From Macrostomum lignano (lineage: Eukaryota), in the NCBI GenBank assembly GCA_002269645.1, contig NIVC01004131.1, forward strand, positions 1-58,666: a stretch of DNA of 58,666 bases, given 5' to 3'. This document shows, piece after piece, positions 48,868 to 58,666 of this stretch. The notes under the pieces are model-generated. The model did no database searches and had not been told where the DNA came from. It worked only from the letters and a program-made list of their open reading frames with translations. Every line of letters begins with the position of its first letter. Within the stretch, counting starts at the first letter, position 1. The position numbers and the translations under genes were made by a program.

Positions 48868-50510
48868 TAGATCAAGCTGTGCCAGTGGATCAAGCTGTGC
48901 CTGTGGATCAAGCTGTGCCAGTGGATAAAGCTGTGCCTATAGATCAAGCTGTGCCTATAGATCAGGCTGTGCCTATATATCAAGCTGTGCCTATAGATCA
49001 GGCTGTGCCTACAGATCAAGCTGTGCCTACAGATCAAGCTGTGCCTGTGGATCAAGCTGTGCCAGTGGAAAAAGCTGTGCCAGTGGAAAAAGCTGTGCCT
49101 ATAGATCAAGCTGTGCCTATAGATCAGGCTGTGACTATATATCAAGCTGTGCCTATAGATCAGGCTGTGCGAGTGGATCAGGCTGTGCCTATAGATCAAG
49201 CTGTGCCTGTAGATCAAGCTGTGCCTGTGGATCGAGCTGTGCGTATAGATCAAGCTGTGCCTATAGATCAAGCTGTGCCTGTAGATCAAGCTGTGCCTGT
49301 GGATCAAGCTGTGCGTATAGATCAAGCTGTGCCTATAGATCAGGCTGTGCCTATATATCAAGCTGTGCCAGTGGATCAGACTGTGCCTATAGATCAAGCT
49401 GTGCCTGTAGATCAAGCTGTGCCTGTGGATCAAGCTGTGCGTATAGATCAAGCTGTGCCTATAGATCAAGCTGTGCCTGTAGATCAAGCTGTGCCTGTGG
49501 ATCAAGCTGTGCGTATAGATCAAGCTGTGCCTATAGATCAGGCTGTGCCTATATATCAAGCTGTGCCTATAGATCAGGCTGTGCCAGTGGATCAGGCTGT
49601 GCCTATAGATCAAGCTGTGCCTGTAGATCAAGCTGTGCCTGTGGATCGAGCTGTGCGTATAGATCAAGCTGTGCCTATAGATCAAGCTGTGCCTGTAGAT
49701 CAAGCTGTGCCTGTGGATCAAGCTGTGCGTATAGATCAAGCTGTGCCTATAGATCAGGCTGTGCCTATATATCAAGCTGTGCCAGTGGATCAGACTGTGC
49801 CTATAGATCAAGCTGTGCCTGTAGATCAAGCTGTGCCTGTGGATCAAGCTGTGCGTATAGATCAAGCTGTGCCTATAGATCAAGCTGTGCCTGTAGATCA
49901 AGCTGTGCCTGTGGATCAAGCTGTGCGTATAGATCAAGCTGTGCCTATAGATCAGGCTGTGCCTATATATCAAGCTGTGCCTATAGATCAGGCTGTGCCA
50001 GTGGATCAGGCTGTGCCTATAGATCAAGCTGTGCCTGTAGATCAAGCTGTGCCTGTGGATCGAGCTGTGCGTATAGATCAAGCTGTGCCTATAGATCAAG
50101 CTGTGCCTGTAGATCAAGCTGTGCCTGTGGATCAAGCTGTGCGTATAGATCAAGCTGTGCCTATAGATCAGGCTGTGCCTATATATCAAGCTGTGCCTAT
50201 AGATCAGGCTGTGCCAGTGGATCAGACTGTGCCTATAGATCAAGCTGTGCCTGTAGATCAAGCTGTGCCTGTGGATCAAGCTGTGCGTATAGATCAAGCT
50301 GTGTCTATAGATCAAGCTGTGCCTGTAGATCAAGCTGTGCCTGTGGATCAGGCTGTGCCTATATATCAAGCTGTGCCTATAGATCAGGCTGTGCCAGTGG
50401 ATCAGGCTGTGCCTATAGATCAAGCTGTGCCTGTAGATCAAGCTGTGCCTGTGGATCAAGCTGTGCGTATAGATCAAGCTGTGCCTATGGATCAAACTGT
50501 GCCTATGAAT
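48868..50510. repeat. 18-bp minisatellite (AGATCAAGCTGTGCCTAT)n with 414-bp higher-order repeat
   Basis: The rare variant ATCGAG recurs at 49231, 49645 and 50059 (spacing 414 = 23 units). Confidence 0.96.
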
Positions 50511-50649
50511 CAAACTACAACTGCAGATCAAGTTTGTCTAGATACAGGATTTGAACAAGGTGGTATTGAATGAATTAGCAAGGTGATAATATAGTATGGA
50601 ATATTGAGGTAACATCCTGGACCTGGCATGCATAAATTTTTGTACGCAT

Positions 50650-53600
50650 TGCACAAAAGCTAGTACTACTGTCTGGATCAAGGAAAGCATCTATCTTAAT
50701 GCAACCTGCAGCTTTAAATCAAAGTCCAAGTGAGATGCAATGTTGAGGCAGAAAAGGCCTTTGCAATAAGACTGTTTTTAAAAAAATCCAAGTTAATAAG
50801 CAACAAGATTCTTTTGACTAGCACTATTGCAATCACACTTTAGAGGCCCAAAATATTTATTGTTGCAACTTGTATTTGATTGCTACATATGATTTGATAA
50901 TTTAATATCTAGTGAGACCTTCTAGTAAAAAGCTTAGCATTTTAAATTGGTTTTTTTTTTAATCTGACAACAATTTTAAGACCAATTTTAGAATCTAGTA
51001 GTGTGGCTTATTATATAGTATTATATCATAGTAGCCTTGAAACTAGAAACTTAAGATTGACCTTAATTCTAGCCCAAAATATCTCATTAGAGGTTAGAAG
51101 TTAGAACCCATATAAGAACTCATTCAAATAAGTAAGCAAGAAATATATTATACATTGTTACTTATAACTTAAGGTTTATGCTTTAGGTCTTATTTTGATT
51201 TTGATTTACAATTTACATTGTATACAGTGCAATTTGTATTACAACCAATAGTTTTCTAAAATATTTAAGGTTTTGCTTTCTAGTTGTTTTGAAATTTAAA
51301 TTGTATATTTTTTCTTGTACCATACTAGCATACCACATCTACAACCAGTTGACAGCCTTTTTATTACATAGAATATCAGCACAAAGATGCTAATTTATAT
51401 GCTTTATTTGTTGCAAAATAGTAAAAACAATATTAAGCAAATGAAAATACCAAAAATGCTATGTCTCAACAAATTGTTACAACTATAGCTTTAAATGCAT
51501 TTTTGTTTTAATTTTTCTTCCAATGTCCTTAGAGATCCCAGGAAAAGTGACAAAAATTCTTTACTTGATAGGGTTTTTAAAGCCAGAATTGGTATCCTTA
51601 ATTGAGACAAATAATCAATCCAAATATCAACACTGTATATACCAACACCATTCAAGACAACTAGGAATATACAAAGAGTCACTTATGCAATGAACATTAC
51701 AGATTCAACACATAAAGGAATATCCCTAGTATTGCATCTATTTTCCTCTTAGCTCTTGGACTATCCTTTGTTAGATTACCATGTATTACATAGTCTAATT
51801 AACTTAAAAATTTATAAAAAGAATTATACAAAAATTGCCAAAAGATGAATTTTAAATTTATTTGGATCATACTAACTTTGGATTATTATAAGGCCATAAG
51901 CATGTCTCCAATTATGAATAGCTTCATATATTTATTTCTTTTAATTCTTATTTTAGCAAAATATTGAGTGAATATTAGAAATTGATTAGTTATATTACCA
52001 GTACAACCCTTGCTAATATGGTATAATACTATAATATTTTTATATGTAAACTAGCCTATCAAGTAAGCCTATTAAGACTAGGTTTCAGTGCTTAATAATC
52101 TTCCAATTGGTCTTTTACCTTTTGCTCTTTTGCAAGCATATTGTCTTTATATTAGTCCAAAGACTCCAAATAGCAACTTACTATATAATAGAATCTTCAA
52201 AATTTAAAGTAGGCCTTTTTCAAGAGTATTAGGCCATGGAAAAACATATTATAAATATGTTTAGGCTAATAGTTAGGCCCAAAAATTTAAATTTTCTTAA
52301 AATTTTAATTTTAGGAACAAAATTATAATATTCATATACTTGGTAATGAAATACCAGGATTCATTCCTACTATTCAGATGTTCCTTGACTTAGCTATTCT
52401 AGCTGGCTGTTATGAGCTACTAGACTTGCTTAATCACATTTTGTTATATGATGCTATTATTATATAAGCTACCTATATATGATAAAACTAGATTTCAGAT
52501 GATTATACTAAAGCACAAAGGGGCTTAGTCTCATCTCTTAAAATATGATTAGGCCTACTAATTTTTAGAAACATTTTTTCTTCTTTAGCCATTTGTAACA
52601 AAATTGTTAAAATATTTATTTTTAAGTTTTGATGTGAAGTTAGCTCGTATATATAGAAATTATTTTGTAATTGAGTAATTTGCTAGTTATTTAGTTATTG
52701 TTTCAATTTGACTTAATTTTGAGAAATTGTACTTTAGTTTCTATTAATTTAACTATCTTTTTATTGGCATCTTAGGTTTAAATCTAGCTGGTTTTTCCGA
52801 AAATTTAATTTTTGTTTTCATACTCTTTTTAAATACTTAGTATCTTAGCATTTTTGCATCCTTTCCATTGTTAGCAAGTATATAAATAATAACAATAACT
52901 AACTTAGCTAAATAAATTAAAAACTTGTCATATATTTTTTCTTATTCACCATTGAAAGCTCAAGACTTGCAATAAAAATTGGTGTCAAGAAGTGAAATCC
53001 TTACTATTTGCATTCATTAACTATTAATTGCTTAGCATGGATAAAGAAATTGTGCTAAGAAATTCAATGGCTTATATCTTCAATAATATTTTTTATCTAG
53101 CAACCAACTAAGTAGTATATTCAGTTCTAGTCTTTTGGATTTGCAAGAAAGGTAGAACATCAAATAATTATCTAATGAGATACTTTTAATAGATTAGAAA
53201 CAAATAACCAAAGCAAGGTAATAATGAAATTATGTTTTGAATTTAATTGGATACTATTAATTGGATATTAATAGTATCTAATTAATTAATAATTGATATT
53301 ACTATTTATTGGATATCATTTTTAATTGGATACCACCATATGGGATATTCTAAATAATGGTAATAATATGGGTTGGGCTCTAATTTACCAAGTTTTCTAA
53401 GTTTTTTTTCAAATTAAATGCAAGACAAGATTCTAGAGATTCAATACTTAAAATTAACACTAATTATGATACCCACTCAATGTCATAAAAAGGCAAACTA
53501 AAAAGCTATCTTGAAGATCAAGAGGCATTACCAATAGGTATTTCTTTCTTATCAATAGGCTAAAATACAATAGGAGACCAAGGATGACAAATGGCTATTT

Positions 53601-55200
53601 TACTATGATGAAATATATAAAGGTATCAATATAAAAGTTGTTACCACTAGTGCCACTAGTCCTATTTTGACTTGACCAAGCCAGTCTTTACCACCATTTC
53701 AAATGGCCTTAGTGACAATAGGCTTATCTATACATGTCAAGATTACAAAGTGCATGTTTGTATGATCTAAAGTTAACTTTATGGAGCAACTTAAAGTCCT
53801 AAATGTCAAGCTGACCACTCAAAGAATGAATCTCAAAGCTAGTCAATTGAGAGGGGCAAGTAGACTATCACCTACAACATTAGTTTCAATGAAACTATAG
53901 AGGAGATCAACTAATATAACATAAAAGACAATATAATCTATAGGCTCCAAGAAATAGATAAGCTTGAAAGCATCATGCAAGATGGCCTAAAGATAATATC
54001 CTTAATTATGCTAATTGTTACTTCCAGGTGAATTGGCAATCAGCAACTCCTTTAAACTATCTAAGACCCCTAGTTGTCTATTTAGTAAATGAGAGCAATA
54101 AAGCAGCTTTTTTGGCAACCTGCCATCTTAAGAATTGAGATAAGCCTAGAAAATGACCTAATAAAAAACATAAGAGTGCATATAAGCTTGTATAATATTC
54201 AAACAAAAGCTTATGCACTAAACTTAACTTGAGTTTTTAGGCTGATTCAATGTGGGATTCAATGTGAGATCTTCATACAAATCTCAACTAAGTTTTTAAG
54301 CCTATTCAATACAAGGTTCAATGTGTAATATCTTGCAGTAAGCCTAAATTGATTTCTTAAACCTATTTAATGCCATATTTTCTACACTAAAGTAAACTTG
54401 AGTTCTTAGGCCTATTCCATATAGAACTTAATAACGAATTCAATGTGTGATTCAATGTAGCAACTTATTAAAAGACTCATTATTGCTTGTTGCTCTCCTA
54501 TCATTTTCAACATACAAAAAGGTTCTAGATATCTATTTAGCTACTTTGGCTGATACAAATAATGGTTTTGTCAGTCTTTTGACAAATCAAGTGAGCAAAA
54601 TACAATGTAGTCTAGTGCAATAGACTAAGCTGCTTATGCGTAACATAGCCAAGTCCAAACTATTGAATAAGATAGAAGTTGCAATGTTGAAGCTATTGGA
54701 AGAACTGACATTTTGACTAAAGAAAGTTGGTAATATACAATTATTTGTTTCAAGAACTTTATTTTGGGATACAAACTAGGTAAATGGCATTATAGAAGAA
54801 GTCCATTTTTTAAGTTATACTTAGGTATATATAAACAAATATAGACACAAAGGTAAGTAAATTTGCTGAACTAGACTTTGGTCCCAATTTAGAGAACTAA
54901 CCTAAAACAAAAAGTTTGATACAAAAGAAATATATAAGCACTTGCCAATTCAATATTACCAAAATTTGTTTAACAAAAAATGCCTTTATGGCACAATTTC
55001 TACCCATGATGTGCCTTGATATTTGATAATTTAAGCAAAGCCCAACTTTTATAATACAAGAGCCTTGCTTTGCTCTTTTCAGATCAGCTATATTTTCATC
55101 AAGATTATAACTAGGGCCTGACTACAAATTTATATTTTTTTACTTTAAATAGATTGCAGTTTATAGATTTGCTATAACCAAACACAAAATTTGTATTTGC
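50650..55200. other. AT-rich block almost devoid of CpG (likely hypermutated element relic)
   Basis: About four CG dinucleotides found by eye in 4.5 kb (near 52646, 52798, 54435, 54639); CpG is common in other AT-rich parts of the window. Confidence 0.8.
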
Positions 55201-55505
55201 ATTATTTACTTAGTATTGGTTTGATCGCTCTTTTTGGTCTTGGGATTTTAGCTTTCTACTTAAATTTGCACTGTGCTTTGATAGTTGACTATCACTGAGT
55301 AAATATTGAAATAGATTAGGCCTACTAACATCATTGAGACTGTTGTGATCTTTGGAATACTTGTCATTACTTTACCTTTATATTATTTGTGCTAACCATA
55401 AGCACAAAAGTTGAAAACATAACCAACAATACATAAAAATATTTCAGTGCCAGCCAAAGCTACCTGCTTAATAAAGTGTGCCTTGCAGATGCAACTTGCC
55501 ATTCT

Positions 55506-55547
<42 letters not shown>

Positions 55548-56296
55548 CTTTAGCTCTCTTTATGTCTGTCTCCATTTCCAGTCCCTTTATCTTCAAAGCA
55601 TGCCAGCAGAAGCAACCTGCTTAATCAAAGTATGCCATGCAGAAATTTATCTAGGTTTACTCTTGCCTTTGCCATGGCCATATAGCTATACAATTTAGTA
55701 AATAGGCCTAGGCCTTTACCTATCATAATTAAGCCTAGCTACCAATAAAAATGTATTCAAAGTCAAAAATGATTTTTTAGTTGTAGGGCCTAAGCCTTAT
55801 TAGGCGATGGCCTAGTTATTGCTGAGCTGACATACTGACAAAGCTAGGCCTATCGCCTATGTAGAAAAAATTCAATGCCTATTTGTGAAAATTTTTAAAA
55901 AGTAGACCTAGGCCTATTTAGTAATGACTATATTTTGGTTCTAAAAAACCACCACAAGACTTTTGTCAGATAACCACAATGCTAAATCAGATGTAGACGT
56001 AGAGGCTTTAAGTCTAGGCTAGAATCAATAGCTATATTTGTTTTCTTACTCATAGCTAGTTCTAGCAAAATTTTATAATAAATACAGAATTCTTAATTAC
56101 TGCAACTTCTTTATTGCCCGTTTAAATACAAAAGAATGTATTTTCTTCCGATTAAATGTGATACAAAAAGGCTATCCTTCAGTTTTGTTTTTGTTTAATT
56201 ATTTTCAGAGTCTTATATTATTTTTTACCCCTTTTTCAGCATGGCGGGTCACCCATCTGCTCTGACAACAATTGTCCCACCAGCTGAGGTCAGGTC

Positions 56297-56546
56297 ATGA
56301 ATCTTCTGTTCATGAAGATGTGTGACCTCGCTATCCTGACTGCTGACACGCAATCTGTGATGCGCTGGCTGGCGAAGTACCAGCTGCTGCCCAACGAGCA
56401 CCAGTGCCACAACAACAACTGCCCTTAGACACCCAACATGCGCTTCAACGTCGTCAAGGTGATTGTTACGTTGATGGCTGGACCTGGGCCTGCAACAAGG
56501 ACTGCCGCGCTCAGGAGTCCATCAGGAAGGGCTCGTTCTTTGAGCG
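56297..56546 (+). pseudogene. Merlin/ISXO2 (IS1595-like) DNA transposase N-terminal remnant
   Basis: VMRWLAKYQLLPNEHQCHNNNCP*...M...DGWTWACNKDC...SIRKGSFFE matches the zinc-ribbon region and SIRxGSFFE motif of eukaryotic ISXO2/Merlin transposases. Contains a stop and a frameshift, and is truncated after FFER. Confidence 0.7.
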
Positions 56547-58441
56547 TATATATTTCTTCGAAAATAATTAAACGAACGAAACTGAAGGATAGCCTACAAA
56601 AAAAGAGCGCAATAAATAATAGCTAGACGCTTCTGAAAGCGCGACATGGAAGCATGCTTTATCCAAAGGGGCACCAAATTTGAAAGGTTTAACTAGGACT
56701 AGGTGGTTGGTATACGGGTACTTGCAGAATTTGTAGAAAATTTAAGCTCAGCTTAACATTATGTGGTAGCCGGGACTACCACTTAGTGAACGGCAATTGC
56801 GAAATTATTTTAATTCGATGGACTGATTTACGTCACTGCCACCCGTTGCCCAGCTGTTGTCCCCACTCGTTGCCCCTCCTGTTGGTCCTGTTTTTTTCGC
56901 TCTGGCCCCTCCGTTGGTCTTGTTGTCCTTTTCGCCTGGCCCTTTGTTTTTCTGTGCTGATCCCGTTGGTCGTTTTCGTCCACTGTTTGCCCCACCTGTT
57001 GCCCCACCGGTTGCCCCATCGCCTGCCCGGTTGTCCCATCCCCTGCCCCACTCAATGTACGTTACTATTGAAATAAGTGTTTTATGTGACGATCATGCAT
57101 TCCCTCCCCCTTTCCTTCTGATTTTGTTTTTTCCTTTCCCTTTTCATTTTCTTTTCCATCCTTCTGCTCTTGCGATTTTGTTTCCGGTGATTGCCTAGTT
57201 CAGTTTTAATTTATCGTCTGCACTCCCGGCACTAGCGCGTTTCATAATCGTCATTAATAGAAATCCTCGCCAGCTTGCTCATTAACTAGTTTAACTTAAT
57301 ATTCCACCTTTTAATTATCTCGTGCGTTTAGGAAATAAAGACGATCGACGTAGTTCTCCTTAAGTTTCGTTAATTGACTGAAGCCTTCGTAGTTTATCTT
57401 GAGTAATTTGCCCGTGGGGCGTTAAACAACCCATTAATCTCATCTCCGAACGAGCTCTGAGATCTCAACGTTCCGTAATACGCAATTACGGTGGTGGCAG
57501 CAACTACCCTACTGACAGTAATCAGTCAAACAGTTCGACGCATTAAATATACGGAGTCCGAACCTCCGGTATTCCTAAATCTGAACGACCGTGCCGCTTA
57601 CGACCGCTCGACTACGATTGCGACTACCCTCCCCCCGGACTGAGAACCCGGCAGTCGGAGTAAAACAGGAGGAAAATAATTCGTTGTGATTCGTCTGCGC
57701 GATTTCCGGCTTTATTCGTGCGAGCTCAGTCGGCGGCAATTCAAACGTGTACCCGCCCCACTCAAGTTGGTGTCAGCAAATTTCAAAACCCAACCGATTT
57801 CCAAGACAACAACCTCCTCCGCCCACTCAATTACTAAGTGCATAAGAAACGAAAAATTAAAAAAAATGAACAAGGGTGGAAAATAAAAAATGTATATATT
57901 TAAACAGTTCTTACTAACAGGATAAAAGCTAAGCAGTATATTATTTTTTGTCATTGAAATGGATACCTCTGAGTTTTTTGTTTTATTGGGCACATGCTTT
58001 AATAGGATGGTTTTCCAAGAACGTTCTACGCTGTTTTGGTTTTGGTTTGGTTTGCCTTTGCGTCAGCTGAATTTTTCGCAAATACGGTTTCGTAGTTTTT
58101 CCTTCTTACACTCTTATTACTATCAGTGCAATTTTAGTTAGTACAAAATGTCTTCAATAAAGGTATGTTAATAATTCCCGTTTTAGTACATTATTTGCCT
58201 TATTCAGTTTTTTAAGTACCCATTGACACGGCGGCTGTCTAGAATGTTGGAGCTTATAGGCACGTCCGCCTTGTCTATAACGTTAAGCACACAATATACC
58301 GTGGCTCTAATTTGGCAATATTGCCAATAAGGAGACAGCCACCGTCTCCAATGACGAATGGATTCTATTCTATATTAGGGACACTGCCACCCTCCAACCT
58401 TTGTGTCTTTAAGTGTGAATGTGAACCCATTCAATAATAAC

Positions 58442-58600
58442 CAGTGTTGGGCATTTCCGTTACCGAGTAACTTGCAAATGGTAACGCAAGTTACTTTTTC
58501 GTAAAGCGTTCCTTACGCAAGTTACTTTTTTATTTTAGTAACGGAGTAACGGTAAGTTACTCAAATTTCGGAAGTCCGTTACAGTTACTTTGCAACAATC
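58442..58600. mobile_element. Left end of a non-autonomous DNA transposon with GTAAC/AGTTAC subterminal repeats
   Basis: Starts CAGTGTTGGG followed by many GTAAC/GTTAC motifs in both orientations. The other end is not seen. Confidence 0.45.
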
Positions 58601-58666
58601 ACAATATTTAAATTTAAAACTGAAATGCTTAGCTATTACGCCGGTTGTCACATGTTTTTGCATTTT

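Noticed and set aside
48852-50573. 559- and 564-aa ORFs (HSLIYR)n and (DQAVPI)n
   Set aside because: 18-bp satellite read-through on both strands; no domain or splice evidence.
56786-57198. Several overlapping ORFs over a GGGGCAAC-type low-complexity stretch
   Set aside because: Explained by short imperfect repeats; no protein family recognised.

Overview
Eukaryotic (invertebrate-type) genomic DNA, very rich in mini- and microsatellites. The style resembles free-living flatworm assemblies such as Macrostomum, but the sequence alone cannot confirm the organism. Three spliced genes can be reconstructed with GT-AG introns and consistent phases: (1) a 7-exon, 493-aa secreted, probably GPI-anchored Cys-rich protein (+, 11215..35283) built from a duplicated three-exon module, with an 18.4-kb first intron; (2) serine hydroxymethyltransferase with a mitochondrial-type leader (-, 6 exons, 41371..45120, 481 aa); (3) COX5A (-, 2 exons, 46421..48798, 155 aa). 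The most unusual structure is a 6.2-kb unit (4693..10894) bounded by hAT-type inverted repeats and a near-perfect 8-bp target-site duplication. It contains a truncated RTE LINE and an LTR-less Bel/Pao retrotransposon whose protease-RT-RNase H core is replaced by a 2.5-kb Polinton/adintovirus-like segment. Also present: a 33-bp minisatellite cassette found at two loci with shared flank, three copies of a tRNA-derived SINE, a CCAAT-box tandem array upstream of SHMT, a 4.5-kb block almost devoid of CpG, and a Merlin/ISXO2 transposase remnant. Repeat-array boundaries are approximate. Family assignments come from motif recognition by eye, not database searches.
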